Of a stretch of DNA of 64,000 nucleotides, positions 8,420-18,479 are shown piece by piece. This DNA is from Spirochaetota bacterium (GTDB lineage: Bacteria; Spirochaetota; UBA4802; UBA5550). The stretch spans positions 1,440,001 to 1,504,000 of the forward strand of contig CAXXHB010000003.1 of the NCBI GenBank assembly GCA_963664815.2, read 5' to 3'. The notes under the pieces were generated by a model. That model searched no databases and was not told where the DNA came from. It saw nothing but the letters and a program-made list of their open reading frames with translations. Every line of letters starts with the position of its first letter. Position 1 is the first letter of the stretch. The translations under genes and the position numbers were made by a program.

Positions 8420-11093
8420 CACGGTGGACAGATTAATCGAATCAAAGGGACGGCTGCTTGCAAATGTCGAATTCCCTTCTATTGTCAGAAAAGGTGAAGA
8501 AGAGGGTGGATGCGGTGTTGTAGGTTTCTGCTGCAGCGAACCCGTTGCAGGAAAACATATTTATGAACCTTCAAAGCAGATGCACAACCGGGGTAATGGC
8601 AAGGGTGGCGGTATTGCGGCTGTAGGTTTTATACCCGAACAGATGAATGTCAGCAGGGATATACTTGAAGACTGCTATATGCTGCATATAGCTTTTCTTG
8701 AAGATAATGTAAAGAGTGATGTCGAGAATGAGTTTATTAACCCGTATTTTAACGTGGCGGCTTCAGCCATGCTCGATAAGGTCGATGACTGGACAACAAT
8801 ACCGGGACTTGAAGTGAAACCTCCCGATGTCTGCAGATATTTTGTCCGCGTAAAAAATGATGTTCTTGCAGGGTTTATAGCTGAAAACAGGCTGGAAGGA
8901 ATAGACAGCAGGGAAGCAGAGGATGAGTTTCTGAACCAGAACAGTTTTAAACTGAATCAGGTATATTATGCGGCTCATGGTGATAAAAGGGCGTTTGTGC
9001 TCTCTCATGGGCGGAATATAATGATTCTTAAGGTTGTAGGTTTTGCCGAGGCGATTGTTGATTATTATAAGATAAGAGAGCTTAAGGCTCATACATGGAT
9101 TGCACATCAGCGCTTCCCTACCAAGGGACGGGTATGGCATCCTGCAGGAGCGCATCCATTCACGGGAATAAATATGGCTCTTGTACACAACGGAGACTTC
9201 GCGAATTATCATTCAGTAACAGAGCACCTTCTTCAGAGAAACATATATCCGCAGTTTCTGACTGACACTGAGGTTTCGGCCCTGTTGTTTGATCTGATGA
9301 ACAGGACATATCATTATTCACTGGAACATATTATTGAAGCGATGGCCCCTACCTCTGAGCTTGACTTTGACAGGCTGCCTGAGAATAAAAAGAAATTATA
9401 CAGGGCAATACAGGCAACGCATATACACGGTTCGCCCGATGGTCCGTGGTTCTTCATTATTACGAGAAATGTCCCTGAAAAGAAACAGTTTCAGCTTCTT
9501 GGGATTACTGATACTGCTATGCTTCGTCCGCAGGTTTTTGCATTCTGTGACGGTGAGGTTCAGGTTGGACTGATAGCTTCAGAAAAACAGGCAATCGATG
9601 CAACTCTTGTAAGTCTGTCGAAAGATGATCCCAGGATCTGTCCTGTTGCAGAAAAGTACTGGAATGCACGCGGTGGAAGCCATACAGACGGTGGCGCTTT
9701 TATTTTTAATATTTCTGAAGTATCTGGTAAGATGAGAATTGAATGCACAGATAAATTTGGTAAACCGGTTTCACTTCCCGGGAACGGGGAGGTATGTGAT
9801 TTTATATCTGAAAAATATCTTTCACATAAGCTGAAAGACGATGTCGTGAATTATATCAGGCAGTATAACGATAATAATCCTTACGGGCTTTACAGTTATA
9901 TCCGTGATAATATACCTTTTTGGTCATATGATGATATCCGCGCGGCTCTGAGGATGATTACAGATATGGCTTCAGATAATTCAGGTATTGAGAGAGCTGT
10001 ATCGGTATTAACTTTATTAAATGATCTTAAATATCCGGTCGGAAAAAAGAAAAGAAGCAACTTAATACATCTTATAAGAATGGAACTTACGAAGATGTTT
10101 AAAAAACTGCCATATCTTGATGATAAGACTGTATCAGACGGGAACAGTTACAGGCTTATTGATCTTGATAAAAGAGATACGCTTCGCGGTCCTGAGCAGA
10201 ACGAATCTGTTCTTGTAATTAATGCATATAACTTTCCTCCTGAAGGCGTACTGAGCGATGCATCGCTGCTTATGGATGCGTATATGAAAGGATGGAAAAA
10301 GTTCATTTCATTCGGATGTACGGGACAGAGATATATAGGGAATGGTCTGGGCCCGGATACCGATGATGTGGTAATAGACGTTTATGACAGCTGCGGCGAT
10401 TATCTTGCTTCTGGAATTGACGGCCTTACAATAAAGGTTCATAATAATGCGCAGGATCAGCTGGGGCAGATAATAAAGAGAGGAAAGCTTGTAATCTACG
10501 GCGATGTAGGACAGACTTTTCTCTACGGCGCGAAGGGCGGAGACATTTACGTGATGGGTAACGCAGCAGGGCGTCCGCTGATAAATTCTGTCGGGAGGCC
10601 AAGAGTAATAATTAATGGCACATGCCTCGACTTTCTGGGTGAATCATTTATGGCTGGAGACCCTCATAAAGAAGGTGGGTTTGTCGTGCTGAATGGTACA
10701 AAGTTTGATGATGAAGGGAAGGTGCAGCTGCTCGATGAACCTTATCCCGGAAGTAATATTTTTTCTCTTGCAACAGGTGGAGCTGTATATGTCCGGGATC
10801 CGCATAAAACGCTTGTTGATCAGCAGCTTAACGGTGGTGTAATTGAATCGATAAATAAAAAAGACTGGGAACTTATTCTTCCATATCTCGAGGAGAATCA
10901 GCGTCTTTTCAATATCAGGTTAGACGAATTATTAACTGTTAACGGTGCTGTTAAAAACCCGTTAAAAGTTTATAGAAAAGTTATCCCCGCATCGGCAGCA
11001 AAGCGAGCGGATACCGATACAGATGATCTTTTTGATGATGAATTTACCGAAGAGGAAATATTTTTTAAAAAGGAGCCGGTGACTATCAGCTGA
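8409..11093 (+). CDS. Glutamate synthase class II glutamine amidotransferase + GXGXG subunit (GltB1-GltB3 fusion)
   Basis: EGGCGVVG Ntn cysteine, AHQRFPT, AHPF, HNGDFAN, TDTE, DGPW; C-terminal glycine-rich beta-helix (GQRYIG, GDYLASG, GESFMAG). Confidence 0.9.
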   Translation: MKNDTVDRLIESKGRLLANVEFPSIVRKGEEEGGCGVVGFCCSEPVAGKHIYEPSKQMHNRGNGKGGGIAAVGFIPEQMNVSRDILEDCYMLHIAFLEDNVKSDVENEFINPYFNVAASAMLDKVDDWTTIPGLEVKPPDVCRYFVRVKNDVLAGFIAENRLEGIDSREAEDEFLNQNSFKLNQVYYAAHGDKRAFVLSHGRNIMILKVVGFAEAIVDYYKIRELKAHTWIAHQRFPTKGRVWHPAGAHPFTGINMALVHNGDFANYHSVTEHLLQRNIYPQFLTDTEVSALLFDLMNRTYHYSLEHIIEAMAPTSELDFDRLPENKKKLYRAIQATHIHGSPDGPWFFIITRNVPEKKQFQLLGITDTAMLRPQVFAFCDGEVQVGLIASEKQAIDATLVSLSKDDPRICPVAEKYWNARGGSHTDGGAFIFNISEVSGKMRIECTDKFGKPVSLPGNGEVCDFISEKYLSHKLKDDVVNYIRQYNDNNPYGLYSYIRDNIPFWSYDDIRAALRMITDMASDNSGIERAVSVLTLLNDLKYPVGKKKRSNLIHLIRMELTKMFKKLPYLDDKTVSDGNSYRLIDLDKRDTLRGPEQNESVLVINAYNFPPEGVLSDASLLMDAYMKGWKKFISFGCTGQRYIGNGLGPDTDDVVIDVYDSCGDYLASGIDGLTIKVHNNAQDQLGQIIKRGKLVIYGDVGQTFLYGAKGGDIYVMGNAAGRPLINSVGRPRVIINGTCLDFLGESFMAGDPHKEGGFVVLNGTKFDDEGKVQLLDEPYPGSNIFSLATGGAVYVRDPHKTLVDQQLNGGVIESINKKDWELILPYLEENQRLFNIRLDELLTVNGAVKNPLKVYRKVIPASAAKRADTDTDDLFDDEFTEEEIFFKKEPVTIS

Positions 11094-11118
11094 AAGAAAT
11101 GTCTAATGGAGTAGCTAT

Positions 11119-11682
11119 ATGACAATAATTATAAAGAGTGAAAATAAAGGGAAGAGTTTTTTCGAAAAGATAAAGACCGGGTCGGGTGTGGACATCAGTC
11201 TTTGCCTCCAGTGCAGGAGATGTTCAAATGGCTGTCCTGCAGCTGCTTTTACAGGAGCATCCCCTTCGGAAATAATAAGAAAGCTTCAGCTTGGTATGAG
11301 TAAGGAAATTCTTGATGATGATTTTATATGGGTCTGCGCTTCATGCGAAACCTGTTTTGCAAGATGCCCGATGAAGATCAATATGGCGGCAGTGATCGAT
11401 GAACTTAGAATTTCCGCCGGTGATTTAAAGTCAAAGACCCCGGCGGGGAATATGCCTATGATGAACAGGTTTCTTCTCGGTACTATGAGATCATTCGGAA
11501 GAACATATGATCTCGGAGCCATGATTCTTTACAAGGCCGGGACTTTCTCGTATTTCAGGGATGCGGGAAAATTTCCTATGATCCTTAAAAAGGGTAAAAT
11601 AGCGCTTTTTCCTTCATCAGCTGGTGATAAAAAAAGTGTAAAGAATATATTTAAAAATATTGAAAAGATGAGGAAACAGTAA
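11119..11682 (+). CDS. hdrC: Heterodisulfide reductase subunit C-like
   Basis: CLQCRRCSNGCP and WVCASCETCFARCP; precedes hdrB. Confidence 0.88.
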   Translation: MTIIIKSENKGKSFFEKIKTGSGVDISLCLQCRRCSNGCPAAAFTGASPSEIIRKLQLGMSKEILDDDFIWVCASCETCFARCPMKINMAAVIDELRISAGDLKSKTPAGNMPMMNRFLLGTMRSFGRTYDLGAMILYKAGTFSYFRDAGKFPMILKKGKIALFPSSAGDKKSVKNIFKNIEKMRKQ

Positions 11683-11683
11683 G

Positions 11684-12556
11684 ATGAAATACGCGTACTA
11701 TCCGGGATGTTCTGCCGAATCGACGGCACGCGATCAGTATACATCAACAATGGCTGTTGCGCGCTCTCTGGGGATTGAGCTTGTTGAACCGGAGGGATGG
11801 ACTTGTTGCGGTTCAACGCCTGCCCACCAGGTAAATCACGATCTGGCTGTTTCATTATCAGTGGCAAATCTGCAGAAGGTGCAGGATCTTGGACTCGATA
11901 TGGTGGTAAGCTGCGCATCATGTTACAGCAGGATGAAAGCTGCAAATCATGCAGTTGCTTCAGATCCGGCAGTAAGAAAACGGATTTCAGAGATTACCGG
12001 AAAAGACTATGACGGATCTGTCCGTGTGAGGCATTTTATTGAAATATTACTTGAAGACATCGGTTTGATGCAGTTTAAAAGAATGCTTACAGGCTCTCTT
12101 GACGGAATGAAGGTTGCTTCATATTATGGATGCCTGCTTGTGCGTCCCAATGAGATAACGGGTTTTGACGATCCGGAAAATCCGGTTTATATGGATAAGA
12201 TTATAAATGCCATGGGTGGAGATAGCATTGACTGGCCGCATAAAACAGAGTGCTGTGGCGCGTCACTTACCCTTACAAGACCCGGGATAGTTTTAAAACT
12301 GTCTGATTCAATTATTGCAATGGCGGAGGGATACGGGGCGGAATGCATTTCTGTTGCATGCCCGATGTGCCAGATAAACCTTGATATGAGACAGGGAGAT
12401 ATAAAAAAAGAAACAGGAAAAGACTACAGGATGCCTGTAATGTATATAACACAGCTTATCGGGCTATGTCTTGGAATTCCGGGGAATGACCTTGGAATCG
12501 GCAGGCTGATAAATTCGCCCGAAAAGATTATGACAGGAGTAGTTAATAATGCATAA
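11684..12556 (+). CDS. hdrB: Heterodisulfide reductase subunit B-like
   Basis: YYPGC, WTCCG, CASC, YYGC, ECCG, ACPMC (two CCG domains). Confidence 0.92.
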   Translation: MKYAYYPGCSAESTARDQYTSTMAVARSLGIELVEPEGWTCCGSTPAHQVNHDLAVSLSVANLQKVQDLGLDMVVSCASCYSRMKAANHAVASDPAVRKRISEITGKDYDGSVRVRHFIEILLEDIGLMQFKRMLTGSLDGMKVASYYGCLLVRPNEITGFDDPENPVYMDKIINAMGGDSIDWPHKTECCGASLTLTRPGIVLKLSDSIIAMAEGYGAECISVACPMCQINLDMRQGDIKKETGKDYRMPVMYITQLIGLCLGIPGNDLGIGRLINSPEKIMTGVVNNA

Positions 12557-15500
12557 GAGTAATAATAAAAAAACCGGAGCGGTAATTGTTCAGGGGGGCG
12601 GTATTGCAGGAGTGCAGGCATCTCTTGATCTTGCGAACTCGGGATTTAAAGTACATCTGGTTGAAAGCAGTTCAGCGATTGGCGGAATGATGGCTCATCT
12701 TGACAAAACATTCCCTACCGGTGATTGCGCAACATGTATTGTTTCTCCAAAACTGGTTGAATGTTCAAGAAACCTTAACATAGAAATACATACACTCTCC
12801 GAGCTTGAATCTCTTGAAGGGGAGGCTGGAAACTTCAAGGCAGGGATAAGAAAATCACCAAGGTATATAGACGAAAAAATCTGCAATGACTGCGGTGATT
12901 GCACAAAGGCCTGCCCCGTTGAAATCAGCGACAGGTTTAACCGGGGTCTCGGGAAAAGAAAGGCAATTCAGAAATATAACGCGCAGGCTATACCTAACAA
13001 ACCGGCAATAATGAAGCTGGGACACGCGCCGTGTAAGGTTACATGTCCTGCAAATATAAATGTTCAGGGTTATATTCAGCTTATAAAAAAGGGTGAATAT
13101 ATAAAAGCGGTGAATATGATAAGGGAAAGAAATCCCCTGTCAGCTGTATGCGGGCGTGTCTGTCCTGCGCCATGCGAGAATGCATGCACAAGATCAAAAT
13201 TTGATTCCGCTGTTGCAATAAGGCAGCTCAAGCGTTTTGCCTCTGATCAGGAGATGATGCTGGTGAAATCAGGAAAAATACAGCTTCCTGAAGAGAGAAG
13301 ACCCTCATCAAATGCGGAAAAAGTTGCTGTTATAGGTGCAGGTCCGGCAGGGCTCACATGTGCTGCCGATCTTGCAGACAGGGGGTTTGCTGTTACGGTT
13401 TTTGAAACAGGAGAGCGTGCAGGCGGGATGCTTATATGGGGCATTCCCGAATACCGGCTCCCCAGGAATATCCTTGATTATGAAGTTGAACTTATAAGGC
13501 GGAAAGGTGTTGAATTTGTTTTCAACTATCGTGCAGGAAGGGATGCGTCGATCAGTGAATTGAAAAGTAAATATGACGCTCTCTTTATAAGCGCCGGTGC
13601 GCATGGAGGGAGACGTTTAGGAGTAGAAGGTGAAGACCTTACAGGAGTTGATTCAGGAGTTGATTTTTTAAGAGAGAACGGCAAAGAAGGGGGCAGACCC
13701 CATGTAGGCGAAAATGTTGTAGTAATAGGGGGCGGTAACGTAGCGGTGGATGTAGCCCGTACGGCACTCCGTCTGGGCGCAAAAAATGTACAACTTGTTG
13801 CTCTTGAAAAATATGGGGAGATGCCGGCATATGAGGATGAAATAAAGGCTTCTGTTGAAGAAGGTATTGTCATAAAAAATGGATGGGGACCGGAGAAAAT
13901 TACAGGTAAAGGATCGGTTTCCGGTATTGAACTTAAAGAATGCGTCAGGGTCTTTGATGATAAAGGGAAATTCAGCCCGATATATAATAATGAAAATCTG
14001 ATAACATTAAAAGCTGACCAGATTATAGTTGCCATAGGGCAGATGGTTGAAAAGGATCTTCTTGAAAACAGCTGTGTAGATACGGAATTCGGATGCATAT
14101 CAGCTGACCCGGTTACACTTGAAACTACAGAAAAGGGCGTTTTTGCAGGCGGAGACAATGTATCCGGGCCTGCAAGTGTCATCGAAGCCGTTGCTGCAGG
14201 AAAAAGGGCTGCTGAATCTATAGAAAGGTTTTTAAACGGAAAAGATATGTTTACTGACCGTTTCGAATCAACGGTTAAACCGGTTCCGGAAAATATGCTT
14301 CCTTCTGCATCTGATGTAATTAAAAAAGAACGCTCTGTGGCAGATGAACTTCCGGTAAGTGAGAGAATACTGAATTTCAAGGAAGTGGAATCGGCATTTA
14401 CAGCTGAGCAGGCTGCGGCAGAGGCGGAGAGATGCCTTAACTGTGCCCTCTGTTCGGAGTGCAATGAATGTGTTTCCGCCTGTGAAAAACAGGCTGTACG
14501 GCACAATATGAAGGATGAGTACATTGAGCTTGATGCGGGATCGGTAATAATGACTGCCGGTTTTAAGGAGTTCGACGCATCAGAGAAAGGTGAGTTCGGA
14601 TATGGCAGATATAAAAATGTCGTTACGAATGTTCAGTTTGAAAGAATGCTCTCTGCGGCAGGACCATCCGGAGGGCATGTACTGAGACTTTCCGATGGGG
14701 AAGAGGCAAAGCGCATCGCCTTTATACAGTGTGTCGGTTCAAGGGATTCCAAATGCGGCAACGAATACTGCTCATCAATATGCTGCATGGCAACAACCAA
14801 GCAGGCGCTTGTTGCAGATGAACATATAGAAGGGATGAATGCGTCTATATTCTATATGGATATACGTGCTTTTGGAAAGGACTTCGACCGTTATTATGAA
14901 AGGGCAAGAAGTAAAGAAAATATAAAGTATATAAAAGGGATCCCTTCACGTACAGTGCAGGTTCCCGGATCTATGGATATACGTCTTAAATATATGGATG
15001 AGAATTTCAATTATATTGAAAGTGATTTTGACCTTGTGGTGCTTGCGGTTGGGATGGAGCCTCAGGATAAAATTGAAGAAAAGATGTCCGGAATAGGAGT
15101 TAAGCTAAACGAGTATGGATTCGCAGGGAGAAGCCGTCTCTATCCTCTTCAGACATCACGCGACGGGGTCTTCATCGCAGGGGCATTTAATGAACCGAAA
15201 GATATCCCGGAGACTGTTACGCAGGCAAGTGCGGCTGCGTCAATGGCTATGGAGATACTTAACCAGGCAAGGAATACACTCACGGCAGGAAAGAAGTACC
15301 CGGCAGAACATGATACTACGGATGAAAAACCGAGAATCGGTGTTTTTGTATGTCACTGCGGGATCAATATAGCTTCAACAGTTGATGTGGAAAAAGTGAC
15401 GGAAGCAGTAGCGGGTGAACCGGGTGTAATAGTGGCATCTCATACAATGTATACATGTTCCGATTCCAGCTTAACAAATATTAAAAAATGTATTATAGAA

Positions 15501-17036
15501 AACAGGCTCAACAGGGTTGTTGTGGCCTCATGTACACCAAGAACGCATGAAGACCTTTTCAGGGATACTCTCCGTGAGGCCGGACTTAACCAGTACCTTT
15601 TTGAACTGGCCAATATACGGGACCAATGTTCATGGGTTCACAGCGGAGAACCTGAACCGGCAACTGAAAAGGCTGTTCAGCTTGTAAAGATGTCAATAGC
15701 ACGTTCGAGAATGCTGAAACCACTGACAGGCGAATCATTACTGATAAACCAGAACGGACTTGTAATAGGGGGTGGACTGAGCGGGATGACTGCAGCTCTG
15801 TCGCTTGCGGAGCAGGGATTTAAAGTTACGCTTGTTGAGAAGTCAGAGGTACTGGGGGGAAATATGCTGAATATTTACAGTACTCTTGAGAATGAAGATA
15901 TAGGCGGTTTTCTGGGTGAAATGGTTTCAAAAGTTGGAAATCATAAAAACATTCAGCTTTACCTGAACAGCGAGGTGGTTAAATTAAATGGCCATATCGG
16001 AAAATTTACTGTTACCATAAGTCAGAAGGGAGTAACTAACGGTAAAGGTATTGATATCAACTGCGGTGCGATTGTTGTCGCCACTGGGGGTAAACCTGCA
16101 GAAGTAAAGGATTTCTCTTATGGAAAATCAGAGAATATATTAACACAGCTAGATCTGGAGAAAATGATTCATGAAAACAGTTTTTCATCTTTAAATTCTT
16201 CTGGCAGCAGCAAAAATATTGTAATGATTCAATGTGCGGGCTCACGCAACAATGAAAGGGAATACTGCAGCAGGATATGCTGCTCCATGGCAGTGAAAAA
16301 TGCTCTGAAAATAAAAAAAGGGAATCCTGATGTGAATGTTTATATTTTGTATCGTGATATAAGGACATATGGCTTCAGGGAAAAATATTATCTTGAGGCA
16401 AGGAAGTCGGGTGTAGTTTTTATAAGGTATGATGAAAAGAATCCTCCGGTAGTGTCGGAAGATGAAAAACTTTTTGTAACGCTTAAAAGCCCCGATATTC
16501 GCGATGTCGTTATGATTGAAGCTGATAATCTGATACTGAGTACCGGGATAGATGCACATGCTGAGAACAGGGCGGTTTCTGACATGCTTAAGCTTCAACT
16601 CAACCAGGATGGTTTTTTTCTTGAGGCACACGTTAAACTGCGACCTGTAGACTTTGCGACAGAGGGGATATATCTCTGCGGTCTTGCTCATTCACCGAAA
16701 ATGATTGATGAGAACATATCGCAGGCAAAGGCAGCAGCATCACGCGCTGCGACTATTCTTTCAAAGAACAGCCTTGAAGTTGGTGCACAGGTGTCGGAGG
16801 TAGACCAGAATAAATGTATATCTTGTATGACCTGTGTTCATGCATGCCCGTATGGAGCTCCGTCGGCAAATATTGACGGTAAGGCTGAAATAGCCGCAGC
16901 AAAATGCATGGGTTGCGGCATATGTGCATCGGAATGTCCCGCAAGGGCTATACAGCTTAACCATTTTGAGACAAAACAGTTCAACATTATGCTAGAGGAT
17001 CTGATAGAAAACTATATAGCAGTACATCGTAATTAA
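12549..17036 (+). CDS. hdrA: Large HdrA-family FAD/Fe-S protein with inserted GltD/SudA-like NAD(P)H oxidoreductase module (HdrL-like)
   Basis: GGGIAG…LDKTFPTGDC; insert PCKVTCP…CGRVCPAPCENAC…GAGPAG…GGGNVA; IQCVGSR…CSSICC; second HdrA repeat GVFVCHCG…QCAGSR…CSRICC; C-terminal 2x[4Fe-4S]. Confidence 0.9.
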   Translation: MHKSNNKKTGAVIVQGGGIAGVQASLDLANSGFKVHLVESSSAIGGMMAHLDKTFPTGDCATCIVSPKLVECSRNLNIEIHTLSELESLEGEAGNFKAGIRKSPRYIDEKICNDCGDCTKACPVEISDRFNRGLGKRKAIQKYNAQAIPNKPAIMKLGHAPCKVTCPANINVQGYIQLIKKGEYIKAVNMIRERNPLSAVCGRVCPAPCENACTRSKFDSAVAIRQLKRFASDQEMMLVKSGKIQLPEERRPSSNAEKVAVIGAGPAGLTCAADLADRGFAVTVFETGERAGGMLIWGIPEYRLPRNILDYEVELIRRKGVEFVFNYRAGRDASISELKSKYDALFISAGAHGGRRLGVEGEDLTGVDSGVDFLRENGKEGGRPHVGENVVVIGGGNVAVDVARTALRLGAKNVQLVALEKYGEMPAYEDEIKASVEEGIVIKNGWGPEKITGKGSVSGIELKECVRVFDDKGKFSPIYNNENLITLKADQIIVAIGQMVEKDLLENSCVDTEFGCISADPVTLETTEKGVFAGGDNVSGPASVIEAVAAGKRAAESIERFLNGKDMFTDRFESTVKPVPENMLPSASDVIKKERSVADELPVSERILNFKEVESAFTAEQAAAEAERCLNCALCSECNECVSACEKQAVRHNMKDEYIELDAGSVIMTAGFKEFDASEKGEFGYGRYKNVVTNVQFERMLSAAGPSGGHVLRLSDGEEAKRIAFIQCVGSRDSKCGNEYCSSICCMATTKQALVADEHIEGMNASIFYMDIRAFGKDFDRYYERARSKENIKYIKGIPSRTVQVPGSMDIRLKYMDENFNYIESDFDLVVLAVGMEPQDKIEEKMSGIGVKLNEYGFAGRSRLYPLQTSRDGVFIAGAFNEPKDIPETVTQASAAASMAMEILNQARNTLTAGKKYPAEHDTTDEKPRIGVFVCHCGINIASTVDVEKVTEAVAGEPGVIVASHTMYTCSDSSLTNIKKCIIENRLNRVVVASCTPRTHEDLFRDTLREAGLNQYLFELANIRDQCSWVHSGEPEPATEKAVQLVKMSIARSRMLKPLTGESLLINQNGLVIGGGLSGMTAALSLAEQGFKVTLVEKSEVLGGNMLNIYSTLENEDIGGFLGEMVSKVGNHKNIQLYLNSEVVKLNGHIGKFTVTISQKGVTNGKGIDINCGAIVVATGGKPAEVKDFSYGKSENILTQLDLEKMIHENSFSSLNSSGSSKNIVMIQCAGSRNNEREYCSRICCSMAVKNALKIKKGNPDVNVYILYRDIRTYGFREKYYLEARKSGVVFIRYDEKNPPVVSEDEKLFVTLKSPDIRDVVMIEADNLILSTGIDAHAENRAVSDMLKLQLNQDGFFLEAHVKLRPVDFATEGIYLCGLAHSPKMIDENISQAKAAASRAATILSKNSLEVGAQVSEVDQNKCISCMTCVHACPYGAPSANIDGKAEIAAAKCMGCGICASECPARAIQLNHFETKQFNIMLEDLIENYIAVHRN

Positions 17037-17050
17037 ACGAGAGGAATATA

Positions 17051-17500
17051 ATGAGTGATAAAAATTTTGAACCTCTGATTATCGCTTTCTGCTGCCAGTA
17101 CTGTTCGTATTCAGCGGCAGACCTTGCGGGTTCCATGAGGCTTCAGTATCCGCCTAATGTAAGAATTGTACGAACTCCCTGTACCGGCAGGCTTGAAGTT
17201 AATTTTTTTATGAAGGCGTTTGAAAAAGGTGCTGATGGAATACTTGTAGCCGGGTGCCTTGAAGGAGGCTGCCATTTTACTGAGGGTAATTTTCTTGCGA
17301 AAGGCAGAGTGGGATATACCCGGACAATACTTCATGAAAGCGGACTTGAAGCTGAACGTATAAAAATGATAAATGTATCGGCGGCAATGGCACGGCCGTT
17401 TGTAGACCATCTGAACGATTTGATTGAAACAGTAAAAAAACTCGGGCCTAATCCTCTTTCGGGTAAGGTCAACAGTGTTAAAGAGGAGATAGAAGTATGA
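17051..17500 (+). CDS. mvhD: MvhD [2Fe-2S] subunit
   Basis: AFCCQYCSYSAADLAG, PCTGR, GADG, GCLEGGCHF. Confidence 0.92.
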   Translation: MSDKNFEPLIIAFCCQYCSYSAADLAGSMRLQYPPNVRIVRTPCTGRLEVNFFMKAFEKGADGILVAGCLEGGCHFTEGNFLAKGRVGYTRTILHESGLEAERIKMINVSAAMARPFVDHLNDLIETVKKLGPNPLSGKVNSVKEEIEV

Positions 17501-18162
17501 TAGTAGCGCAGAGAAAAAGTATTCCCGAACTCACAGAGATACTTGAGGGGCATAAAAAAATACTTGTACTGGGATGCGGTACATGCGTCACGGTTTGCCT
17601 TGCCGGTGGAGAACGTGAAGTGAGTATTATCTCTTCGGCTCTTAGAATTTCTTCCAGTCTGAAAGGGCTCGGTTTCGAGGTAGAGGAGCTTACAATAGAG
17701 AGACAGTGTGACAATATTTTTATAGAGAAGGCAGCGGAAGCGGTTTCCAGAAATGACGTTGTTCTGTCACTGGGATGCGGCGCGGGCGTACAGGCAATAG
17801 CGGAAAGGTTTGATAAGCCTGTATATGCCGGACTTGACACCGAATTTATCGGAATACTCGAGGAGAGGGCAACCTGGACTGAAAAATGTATATCATGCGG
17901 GAAATGCGTTCTGCATATGTATGGAGGAATATGCCCTGTCACAAGATGTGCAAAGCATATGTTGAACGGGCCCTGCAGCGGTTCCAGGGAAGACAGGTGC
18001 GAGGTGAGACCAGACCGCCCATGTGCATGGCAACTTATTTATCAGAGACTTAAAAAAATTGGTGAACTTGATAAACTTAAACAGATAAAAGCGCCAAAAA
18101 ACTGGAATTACAGCCTTCATGGCGGTTCCAGGGTTATTATTCGCGAGGATCACAGAATATAA
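17497..18162 (+). CDS. metV: MetV (MTHFR Fe-S/Zn partner subunit)
   Basis: GCGTCVTVC, RQC, GCGAGVQ, CISCGKC…GGICPVTRCAKHMLNGPCSG…CE…CAW. Confidence 0.88.
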   Translation: MIVAQRKSIPELTEILEGHKKILVLGCGTCVTVCLAGGEREVSIISSALRISSSLKGLGFEVEELTIERQCDNIFIEKAAEAVSRNDVVLSLGCGAGVQAIAERFDKPVYAGLDTEFIGILEERATWTEKCISCGKCVLHMYGGICPVTRCAKHMLNGPCSGSREDRCEVRPDRPCAWQLIYQRLKKIGELDKLKQIKAPKNWNYSLHGGSRVIIREDHRI

Positions 18163-18197
18163 CATATTAACCTGCAAGTTTCAAAAACAGACATAGA

Positions 18198-18251
18198 GGC
18201 AGTATGATAATCAGGAGAGTGCTGAATTTTTAACCGGATTATCATACTGCC
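18198..18251. repeat. 15-bp perfect inverted repeat at the end of the glt/hdr operon
   Basis: ggcagtatgataatc-N24-gattatcatactgcc; no U-tract. Confidence 0.7.
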
Positions 18252-18479
18252 AATCTCCGGTTTAACAATTCCGTATATGTTTTGTTTGATAGCTAAATCC
18301 AGTAATAATTTCTTAACATATATTTTGTGTAAAAACGATTATATCTCTTCTCCGTCATCGGTAGCGGAGAGATATAAAAAATTAAGGAATAATTATTGAA
18401 TTAAGTCTATATTTATAAATATGGTCGACATTAATCCTCATCTATTGTAGTATACAAAAAAAGAATGTGGAGAATATAA

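Noticed and set aside
13526-14524. 332-aa antisense ORF and the many other short overlapping ORFs
   Set aside because: Shadow frames opposite or within well-supported genes, with no recognisable motifs
11119-18162. Selenocysteine read-through in Hdr/Mvh subunits
   Set aside because: All ORFs are continuous with Cys at the expected positions
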